From assembly GCA_963924565.1 (NCBI GenBank), contig OZ004608.1, positions 7,688,001 to 7,752,000 of the forward strand: DNA of 64,000 nt, in the 5' to 3' direction. This document shows, one piece after another, positions 27,372 to 39,300 of this stretch. The notes under the pieces were generated by a model. The model worked only from the letters and a program-made list of their open reading frames with translations. It did no database searches and had not been told where the DNA came from. The DNA is from Ascidiella aspersa (Eukaryota). Numbering within the stretch: the first letter of the stretch is position 1; each line of letters opens with the position of its first letter. The position numbers were made by a program, and so were the translations under genes.

Positions 27372-30300
27372 CTGCAAAAGAAAGAAGATTTAATGAATAT
27401 ACTGTTTCTTCCAGCCTATGCCAGGGATTGTATCAATTATAAAATTGTTAATTTGATAATCTGTCGTTGCCCTGATGAAGATTTCCAGTAAAGGTTGTGG
27501 AAATGTCGGTACATTTATTAATAAAAAATGTTTGCCAGAAGGAAATTTTTTAATTAAAAGTAGATTTATTAAAATTGCAATTTAGGCTGATGCACAATGT
27601 CAAAAGGCTGAAGATATATAACGGTCTGCTGAAGATATATAACGGTGTAAAGTAGATTGACAAAAAACATCGGGTTTGACTGTAATCAATTTAGATCTAA
27701 AAATAACCTTTTTATTATATGGAGAAAAGATCAGTAACTTACAGTGATCCAACAGTCAAAGTTTCGAAAACAAACAATGAAGTAATGTTATACCAGCTTA
27801 AACCTACGTACACATAATTTGCCAGTGGAAACCTGTTATATGATTGTTATAGCTTGTAGTAATTAGTATATTAAGAATCTATACAAGTATTAGCTGCTAT
27901 TGGAATTAGTTATGTTTTTTGAAGAGGGACCATATTTTGCCGAATTCTAAAGAAACGAAAAAATTTATTTAACATTTAGTTATGTTTCTAGATGAACTAC
28001 AAGTCCAGAATATGAATTGTTGAAGGGGCTGAAACATTTATAATTTAGAGAGATGCCTAATTATAATTTATTCGAAACAAACATATTTTACTTGAATCAT
28101 TCACATTTTTGTCATGAAAACAGCAATAAACAACAATTCAAAATTAAATTGTACGCTGATTCTAGTAGAGGTTACTAACCACAATTTAATTTTTTTTCCT
28201 TACAGAAGTAGGTATTATACTTTTGAATGACTCTTTATTCCTTTTCAACAATAACTCTTTATTCATTTTTAGAGTTATTTTAAACGTTTAAAATGATACC
28301 TACTTCTGTATGGACTTTGATATTCTTAATACGTATTACTCCAACCTCCAACCATTAGGCTTCATACTTTACCTTGCTTGGGCTTGATAACGCTTCCAAT
28401 AGAGATAGGGGCAGATGCAATGAAGGTTGGTGAAGGGTGAGCCACCGACATCTCTGAACTAGTGGTCGAGGACGGCGACACAACTGCACGATGCAAAAAC
28501 AAACATGTATGGGTGTGTCATACATGACTACATACACACCCACGGGAAGGACACGTGGTTGGCAAATTAGATGCGGTTCAGTTTACACAGTGTCTAGACT
28601 CTAGATGGTTTTCAACATGCGATGTAAAAAACGTTTAAAAGACTAATTATGCAAATACAATTGTGATGATATCAATTTCGATGTTGTGATGCTCTAGTCT
28701 AAACAATCATTTTAAGACAAAATTGTATATATATTGGAAAGTATATACATTACTTGGTAGTGTTAAATCTAAAACATACGATCTTATTTGCGATAAGTTC
28801 ATAGCTCTTGCAATAAGCACTGAATATTTTAGAAACAAAGCAATGCCCGAAGCCTTTGACTCATTTCGTTTTTAATGACTCACATAAATATTTATCGTTC
28901 AAGTTAACGCACAAAAGCCGAGTTTACGAAAAATGATTGGGAGAAAACCATTAACATTGCAGTTACCATTAAAAACAAGTGCAAAAACAAATCTGTTGGC
29001 TACAGAACAAGGAGATGTTTTGTTGATAAACTGAAAATGTGAAATAATTGCATTTTTATTTAAATTTGAACATTTGCAAATTTTTGAGCAGCTAACCACG
29101 AATTTCAAATTAATCACAAGCTATTGACAAATGCGCGTGATCATGACCCGAGATGACAAAATAAGTCCATAGACAAAACTATAGCAGCTACAACCCACCG
29201 TCCATCCCGATATGCCCGGCCGCCATTCCGGCGAAGTCTCCCATTACGGCAATGGTGGTCTCGCCAGTTGCTTGAGCCACTCTGTGTTCGACCAGGTAGA
29301 ACATGTACTCGTCGTAGAGGAGCCGGATAAGGTGGAAGCTACCGAAACTCTGGGCCGAGCGAAGCGTCAAGTCTCGGATAACCATTGAGCTGCGCGGCAG
29401 GTGAATAAGGGGTTAATACATGTCTGTAAACGCGGACTTATAAGCAGTCCTGTTTAGTTTAGGCGTTATAAAGGACTCCTTATATATTAGCTGCGCGGCA
29501 GGTGAATAAGGGTTAATAGATGACGGAAAATGCGAACTTATAGGCAGGATTGTGGACTTTAGGTGTTATGAAGGACTCCGTGAAATGGCCTAAGGGTTTA
29601 TGGTTGGCGGTAAAGTGCTTACTTATATACAGGGCCGCGGAGTTGCTGGAGTCGGACTCGGGACTCGAGTAAGACCACGTAAGACTACCCGAGTTCCGAG
29701 CCCGAATTTGAGAATCTACTTTCACAAGCAAAGCTATTAAGACTGCTATATGTTCAGGACAAGTAACGAAAACTATAAATCAACCAAAAGTCGCTCATTC
29801 GTATAATACACGGCAAATAATTTCCACAGCTTTTCAAGACAAAAATACAGATTTAGGACAAATAATAAACCTTCAAGTTATTTTATACAATGACTTCAAA
29901 ACATATCTCAGACAAATAACCTAACAATAGGTTACTCAAATGGCTTATTTATTTAGAAAAAAAATAATTTCCATCAGCCTCGTTAGAGACAAAACAGATT
30001 TAGGACAAATAACCCTCGTATAAATCAGGCAAAAGTCACTAATTCGTATATTACCAGACAAATAATTTTCACGTCAAGACAAAAACTACAGATTCAGGAC
30101 AAATAACCTAACTATGTTTCAAGCAAAAGTCACTAATTCGTATATTACCGAATAGCGGACAAATAATTTTCTCGGCCCCTTAAAAACCAAAAAAAAATAC
30201 AGATTCAAGACAAATAAGCTAATTTTAATAAAGCAAAAGCCACTCATTCGTATATATTCAGAGAAAAACAATCCCCATCGGCCCTTCAAGACAAAAAATA

Positions 30301-33300
30301 CAGATTTAGGACAAACAATCCAGCCACAAAAACCACAACCCACCTGTAGAAACACCACTTCAACAAGAACTGACGCGCAGCCTTGGCGAAGTTGCTGGCG
30401 CCCTCGTGCGGTTGAAGCACCTTGGTGACGACGCTCTCCAACCAGTCGGCCCACTGCTCCAGCGTTCGCTGCTCGGACAGCGCGACCTTGAAGTCGCCCT
30501 CAAGGTCACGAACCAGCGCGTCGTCGCACTGGCAAACCCACGATGCTTGCTCCTGTGAAACGATAAGGACAGATTGAGAGTTTTTGTGGAGTGTCATTTG
30601 TAAAGAATGAGAGATTCGTCTTGTTCAAGCAGAGCCCATGAGACTTGTTCGGGTGAAAAGTAAGAGAGTGGTTAAAATAGAGAGTTTTGTTTGTTGAAAT
30701 GTCATTTGTAAAAAACTGGGATCCAAAAAAGTTAAGTAGGACTCATGAGGCTTTGTTCTGGTGAAAAGTTAAGGAGACGGGTTAAAAAAAAGTTTTGTTT
30801 GTTGTAAAAACTGGAATAAAACACAAGAAAGATATATATATTTATTTCGCCAACAAAGGAATGATTCAGTCGAATTAAGATATACTAACGATGTCTTTGT
30901 TGTCGAAATATATAATATATCTTTTAAGATCTGTTAATTGTGTCTGACCTGAATTGCCAGCTCTGTTAGTATTTTGAACATACAGAAGAAGTTATCACCT
31001 TGAGCGTTTCGAATATCTAAGAGTTGAAAAATAGATTTTCGAAACGTTTAAAATGATATCCACTTCTGTATAACCTTTGGTATTCTTACTACGTCTTACT
31101 ACAAGCTCCAACCATTATGCTCCACAACAATAAACAAAGTCAAGTTTCTTTTACCTGTACGTTTGAGAAGTCGACCCGGTTTAGATCTGCCAACATCTGG
31201 TTGATTTGCGACACGTTGTTCAGCACGGCTCTTGCGGCCTGCGCCAGGTGGTTGAGTGACGTGTATCTACGAAGGGTTTGCGAGAAAGCCGACACCGCAG
31301 CCACCTGTCAATCAAAAGTAGTTGTTATATTACCGAGTCGATTTTTTTTTTCTTTACCAGTGCTCTTCAACTTCTTTTTGTTATACACTTTTAACCAGTG
31401 TTGTAAACAAGTCATTTTGAAATGACTCAAGTCAAAGTTAAGTTTTTTGAGTAAATAACAAGTCAAGTCCAGTGATTTGTCGGAAATACTTTAGCCAAGT
31501 TAAGTCATTTTGCCCAAGAAATAGGGGCTTAAGTCAAGATGCAGTGCCTTCTTAAAGTATACAATTAAAATCATGGGACAGGATGATTACAAATAGTTTT
31601 CTGTCAAGGTTGCAACATGCACAAATCTTGGCCCAATCTGTATATCCTGGTATCTTTTGTCAGTTTTATACCATAGCTTTGATCAGGTATATACTTCTTT
31701 AGTTTACTTCCTAAATTATTTGTCCACCAGTCATTTTGTTTCCAGGTGATTTCTTTCATCAACTGGTTTTGTTCGATTAACATACACGAAATCAAAATTG
31801 AAATAGGTAAATTTTAAAGAAAAATAAATAACAAAGCATAATCTTGAGACAGCTTTACCTTGATCCGCGACAAATCGGTTGGGATTTCCCCCTTTTCGAG
31901 AGCGGCGGTGAGGTTTGCTTCGAGGCCTTTGGCGAAATTTCGAATCGCTTGGGTCAAAGCGCCTTTAATGTAAAACAATTGTTATTATATCAAGCAAAAT
32001 TGCTGGCCAGAGCCTGGATGGATGTCACATAACGAAGAAGGCGTGAAAGAAATGCCATAACAAAAAAAAATCATTTATAGGATGTGCTTCTATTTTCCTT
32101 TTTGCAAACCTAAACTGGAAACATCACTCAAACCGTTGACGATGCCCAATGCAAACCTAATAGCACTTATATTGTACTACCTACTTTCTCTTTTATGCAA
32201 AATTTGAAGTGAAAAAAAAAGATTTATACCGTGTCTCTACTTTTCATTTTGGCAACTCCACTTGTCTTCCTAACTTCCGATTTTTTATCCATACTCACTT
32301 GGAATTGGTCGCAGAACGTCTGGAATGAGCACTTCGACGAGGCTCTGAAAGATCATGTGATCACTGTCCTTGACCCAGCGCTGCACAGGAGGCCACGAGC
32401 ACAGGACGAGTAGTTTGTGACGAGGAAGACGCATCTCGAACCCGTCCTTGCTGCATATGAAAAAAAAAGATTCAATTGGAACAAGAAGATTTAATTTTGC
32501 TGGAGTATGGCGATTTAAATTTGCTGGAGGAATATTAATAAGATTTTAAGTTTTCTGAAGGAAGAATAAAAAAATTAAATTTGCAAGAGAAAAAACAAGA
32601 TTTAACGTTTCTTAGAGGAAAAGAAAAATATTTAAATTTGCTGCAGGAAGAAATAACAAGGTTTAAATTACCTGGAAGAAGAATAAGATTTAAAGTTTAT
32701 GGAGGAAGAAATAATAAGATATAAGTTTGTTGGAGGATAAAAAAGAATCAAATTTTCTAGAGGAAAAAGAGGATTTAAATTTGCCTGAGAAGAAAAAGAT
32801 TTAAAATTGCTGGAGGAAGAAAAATATAGTCTAACTTTACTGATGAACAAAGAAGATTTTACCAAACAAGATGATATACTCTAAGAGGGTACTGACTACT
32901 GAGTCTTGCTGTTTTTTTGCAATTTTTAATTTACAAAAACGTTTCTTGTATCATCTTCAGTTAAACATGATGTCGATCTACTCGACCTATTTGGCTTTCA
33001 AAGGCATTATCAAGCTACATTACATATCTGGACATAGTGCACTGAAGTATGGGTGTCTATTGCTTTGTCTCTTACAAAAAGTTCGATGAAAATAATTGGG
33101 TCGCCGAAAAAGGTAGAGAATTACTAAGTAATTTTAACTAACCAACTAAGTTGGCCATAAGTCTAACTCTATGCTTGGTAGGCAACTTACGTAATGTTGG
33201 GCTCGTCTGAGTCGAAGTCAGCTCGCCAGAACGATAACCAGAGCGTCTCGACCATGTTGAACTGGAGGTTGACAATCACGTCCAGGACGTTGGAACAGTG

Positions 33301-36300
33301 CTCCCTGTAGAGATCCTCCAGCACCATCAGGTCATCCTGGAGGAAAGAGAGGACTGTTTAGCTGGAGGAACGACTCAACAAATTTTTGAAAATTTTAAAC
33401 TGGGATTCTGAGTAATTAACGCAATTCGAAATTCACGAACAAAATGGTGGCGAAAGATCGGTTGGAGCGGAGAGACTAAGATAATAAAGGGTTGGTTGAG
33501 AAGTTTTCGCGGTGTTTCTCTGTACACTATCAAGCCTTTCGTTTGCCACGGCCCAGCGTTGTAAACAAGTTGTTTTGAAATGACTTAAGTCCCAGTCAAG
33601 TCATTTCCTGGACAAAGAAGCGGGGCTGTTTAGCTGTCCGAGTGACTCGACAAGAATGACTTCACATTTCTTAAAAATTTCTCTGTTGCTTTACACATTT
33701 TCAAAATACACAGTGCACTCATTGTTGTTTTGCAAACACTTGACGTTCCTTCTTTCCAGAACTATGTTGTATAAAACACCCTCACACTTTTCGCAAAAAA
33801 ACACTTACACTCTATAAAAAACGCCCATATTTCACTGCCCACCATCATTTCAATATTTCTAATCAAGAAGCAACTTAAAACATCACTTATATTTACTTTC
33901 ATAGCAAAAATAAAAATTCGAGTAAAAACCTATTTAATTTAACAACAGTAAAACAAAAACCCTGTTGCTTACTGCTAAAAATATGTTACAGAATTCATTA
34001 TTTAAAGTTAATTAGGTAGAAAACAAAATTCCGGCTCAAAACCTTACATTACGATTTGTCCAGGTCACAGACCGAAAGCGGAAAAAAGGTTTGGCAATCA
34101 AACAACTTGTTTAGTAAAATTGTAAAAAACTACACTTGCACTAACACTCATATTTCGAACCGTTTCCACATAAGCCTACTCCCAACAAAACAGGAATAAA
34201 ACAAAGGCGCTATCTTACCGCTGTAATATCGCGAGGCATCGGTGGGTCGTCTGCCGTGTACTGAATGGGGTCGAGGTCGGGTAGGGCCTGGGTGGCGTCC
34301 CCAAGGTACCTTTGGTGTTCCTGGGCTTGCTGCTGGGCCTGGTCGCCCGGGGCGCCGGCCGTAGGACCCCCCTGGGCCGCGGCCTGGCCTCCCATCTCAC
34401 TTTTGTTGGACTCGTGTGATGCCTGGATCTGTTTCCTATGAAGAAACGGTAGAAATGTTGAGTTTTGACTTTTTGCTTTTGAAGGCGATATGTTTTAATG
34501 CGGTGACAGTTCATACTCAATTTTTGGAACACTTTTAATGGATCAATACAGAAGTGGTTAGCCTTGTGTGAATGTTTCCAAGAGAACAGCTGGAGGTTAC
34601 AGTTAGACGTAGTAAGAATATCAAGCCTACAGAGAAGTAGGTATCACTGGATCCGTTTCCTAGAACGTCGCAAGGATCTTTCCTTTTTCAAACTTCTATA
34701 TCTTTTTAGACTCATTACAATGTTTTAAACACACTTTAAGCATATCATGATAGTATTAAGCGGTAGAAATGTTGAGTTTTGACGTTTTGCTTTTGAGGGC
34801 GAGATGTTTTAGCGCGGTGATAGTTGATCCTCATTTTTTAAAACACTTTTTTTCGATAGTAAGAATATCAAGTCGATACAGAAGTAGGTAGCCTTTTGTG
34901 AATGTTTTGAGTAAATCTTAAGATAATGGCTGGATGTTGTAGTTAGACGTATAATGAATATCAAGCGCATACAGAAGTTGGATCACTGGATCTGTTTCGT
35001 TAAACGTCGAAAGGAAAAAATCAAAGGTTGTTTGGAAGATTTCGCTTTTAGTTTGTTTTTGAGCGAGAGATGTTTCAAGTAGGTGTTTGTTCTTCCTTTT
35101 TAAACCCCTTACAATGTTTTGGGGACACTTGAAGTGTATTGTGCGAATTTTAAACCAGATATTTTTCAACGTTTACAAACACCTAGATTTTTCAAACGTT
35201 TTTTGACTTAGTGGTAGGTAGTATTAAAAGCAGTTTGTTACTTTTTAGACCTTTTAATAATATAAATGATTTTTAGGCAGTTAGGCTATATCCTTGCAGC
35301 TGTGTTGCTCATTTTTAGAGTTATCCAATTTAAAAATTTCCAATTTTAGAAGTTGTATTAGAAACTGACGATACCAAAAACGTGCGAAATTATCTTTCCA
35401 GAGTTACATAAATCTGATTGACCTCTATAAACGTTAAACACTTATATACCGGTTACGTTGCCCGAAAATTCAAAAGGATGAACAGTATTTTAAAAATACG
35501 TCATTTTTACCATTCAAGGTAAATTTATTAAAGCCCATACAGAAATAGGTAGCATTTTGAACGTTTCGAATATCTCTTTATTCATCAATAAAAATTTGTT
35601 CGCATCGTTCAAAAAGATACCTACTTCTGTATGAGCTTTGATATTCTTACTACGTCTTACTACAACCTCCTGCCATTATGCTCCAAAGGTAAATTTGAAT
35701 ACTGAAAAAGATGAAAAACACAGAGGAATCATACCTTCTTCCGTATGTGCTCGACTGTTGCCGCATCGCAATCACGTTAATTTCATCCTGCAGTCGATTC
35801 AGTGGGGAGTTCCCCTTGATGCGGATGCCGTAGTAGTGATACTTGGAGTTTCCCCTGTTCCATATAAAAGAAAATATTTAAAACAACGGAAATTGAGGGT
35901 GGTCTTGGACGTTGAAGTAGCATAAACCGCAAATTAAGGGACAGTTTAGTTTAGAAGCATTTTACTGAAATTGAAGTGTATAACGGCGTCATTTTGGTAA
36001 AAAAAACTTGACTATAAAAAGCAAACAACATTTATTTTAACCATATATAAATATTGTAAAAACTACTTTTTTATGAAAAATAAACGAAGTGAAATTTGCA
36101 AAAACCGTCGTGAATTTGCAAAAATCGTCAGACAATTGCGCTATTAAAAATATAGGAAAAGTGCATTTTGAGTAGAAAAATACGATCTGACAAGAGCAAT
36201 ACATCCCATAAAAATAAAATGTGCAAACTCGCTACTCGACTAAGTAGTCTACCCAGAAATAATAATCCATAGCAAAACATAGATAGTTGATGCTCATCCC

Positions 36301-39300
36301 GAGTTTGCCTAGTTCGGTAAATTTAAAAAAAATAACAAGTATAAAATATATACTGTTTGAAACCAGTGCAATTTTCAGTTAAAAGTATATAAGTAAATTT
36401 TTCGGTTTTATCAAAAAGGCAGGATTGCGTATAACACAGAATCGCAAAACGTAATACAAAGCGACTTTTCTTAAAATCATCTCAAAAACACCCATAAAAT
36501 ACCTGGTTCCGAGTCTTCTTGTGCGCAGACCAAGAAACACGGAGCGCACGAGCTTGCCAAACGAAGCGGCGTTTACGGGATCCAGTTGTTGTTCAGTGCA
36601 GTGCAGAATGTAGTGGTTGTACATAAGCGCACGTGGCAGCGAGACGCCGTCTGAGTTTCCAAAGTGCTCCACAAGCCACTGAACCTAAGGAGATTAAAAA
36701 CGTCTGTTAAGTTCGAGTCTTTTATGATGGTTGTAAACAGGGCTGCGGACTCGGGACTCGAGCAAGACCAGGTAAAACTACCCCCGACGTACGCATGTAC
36801 CAAATTTTGAAACTGTTAAGGCGGCAAATTTGTAAAAAAAAATTGTAAAAGTATAATAGCTATAATAGTGAAATATTTTTTAACCACGTATTGCGGGTGG
36901 ATTAATCATGATACCCATATGGGTGGATTGCAGAATTTTCGCCTTAATTTAGTTGCGTAAATCGGTAAAATACAAGCTGTAGAGCCGGAGCCGGGCTCGG
37001 GTCTCGACGAAATCCTACACTTGGCGGGTGTCGGACTCGGGAGTCGGACTCGCGTTATTTTTACCCGACTCCACAACCCTGGTGGTAAATAGGGATATAA
37101 GTACGTCCAAAACTTGATGTTTTATTTCAATGCCGATATCGATAATATGGACAAAAATATCGCGAATCAATCCCATACCAAATGACGTATCACCGTGCTC
37201 AAACAAGCAAAATAGATGAAATTGTAAGATATAAAGGTATTTTTTTCGTTTAGTAACTTGAAGATGTAAACCTACCATTTTTGATTAAATTTACGTTTCA
37301 AGATAAAATTGATGTGTTGGCTGAAATTCCTGTGATAATTTGGTATTGGATCGGCACCGATGCCACCCGAGTATTGTACAAGTACCGATATAATAACTTG
37401 GTATCGAGTATCGGTTACTATTCGATATTATCGGACATCGTTAGTTGTAAACGCATATGGAAATGTCATTCGTCTTGAAAAATAGCTATGACTTATTTGC
37501 CACACGAGTTTTGTTTTTCTGAAAAAGTTTTTCTAAAAGTTTCTACTAAATGCACATGTCATGGTACAAATAAATTAACAAAATGTTGACGAGGCTGTTC
37601 GTTGTTACTGTTTCAAGTTCCCGCCTATACGTACAATATACCGCAACAAAGACTAACTGATAGTTATCTGTTGTTTACTAGAGTGGGCTATATTTTTAGA
37701 GTCCGATATTCAAGAGTTAAACACTGGATATCCGTCATGGCACAAATAAATTAGAAACGTACACGAGGCTGATTGTGCTTACTGTTTTAGGTACCCACCT
37801 ATACGTACATTAGACCGCAATGGCAACTTACAAAGACTAGTATAGGACGTCGAAACGTCGGAATAAAAAATTACATTTGCCAGAAGAGCTCTACAAACTT
37901 GTTACAAAAGACTAGGTGATGTGTAGTTACATAGGTAGGTTATATTATATTGCTAGACAGACCGTGGTATATATTTAAGAGAACATTTTGGTGCTTGATC
38001 TTACTATTTTAGGTTCCCGCCTATACGTAGTTACGGAAGTGGGCTATATATTGCTAGACAGACCGTTGTAGATATTTAGGAGAACCTTTTCGTAGCCCTA
38101 AATACGCACATTACTGCGGCCAACTTGCTAAGGTTATAACTGCTAATTCCCTGCTGCACCCCAAAACTGACCATTCTCAGCAGAGACCGTTCTAAATATA
38201 TAAGAGAACGTTTCAGTACCCGCAAAACACTTGATATACGTGGCATGACACAAATAAACGAACAAAACATTGACGGGGCTGCATTTGCTTACTGTCTTAG
38301 TTACGTAAAATAGACCGCATCCGAAACTAAGTGACAATTCTCTGTTGCAGTTACAGAAGTGGTCTAAATTTTTCGAATCCGATATTTAAAAGAACGTTTC
38401 GGTACCCCAAAGACTAAGTGATAATACTCTGCAGAAACCGTTCTAGATATTTAAGAGAACGTCTCGGTACGCAAATGTTATGTTACAAATAAACGAACAA
38501 AACGTTGACGAGGGGTGAATGTGCTTACTGTTTTAGGTTCCCGCCGGAAGTGACTTACAGTGGCGGGGGAGGCGCGGGTAGAATGGGACAGGGGGAGGGC
38601 CACGATGCCCCCGCCGTCGTTGCTGGAGTTCTGGATCAAGTAGGTGCTTCCCCCTGGCGAGGTGATGATCTGTCCGACGCCCCCTCCGGCCCCGCCCCCT
38701 GACACACCCCCACCATGGTGGCCGCCGCCGCTGGAGGCGCTCATGCCGAGGCTGGTCTAGAAAACATAGAAATTTCTTTTAAAGAATGAAATGCTTTTGT
38801 TCGTATGTATTGGTTACTAAAATGGTTTTCCACAGAAAAAAAAAATTTAAAGAAACAAAAATGTTTAACATAGATTTACACACACAAAAAATGTGTTTTC
38901 TTTTATAAAGGTTGGTATAGAAAAAAGTAAAAAAAAAAATTTTGATAAAAGTTGGCGCTAAAGATTAATTGTTTTTTACCAAAAAAATACCATAACAGCT
39001 ATTGCGACTGAGTGCGAATTTTCAGCATTGCTATTTTGAGGCACAAAGTGAACTCTCGTCAATAGATACCTAAGCTATATGGGTGAAATTGTAACGCTCA
39101 GGGACTTTTTCTAGGTGATTGCACGCAAAAGTTCTTTACCGTATAAAAGTTGATTTACCGCTAGTTGTTAAACTCCTAAACATTAGTCTTTCAAGACTGG
39201 ACCGCTGCACTGGATAAAAAATCACAGCTGAAATTCCTATATAAATTTCGGTATCAGATCGGCACCGACACCAGCGACGTATCGGACGAGTACCGATACT

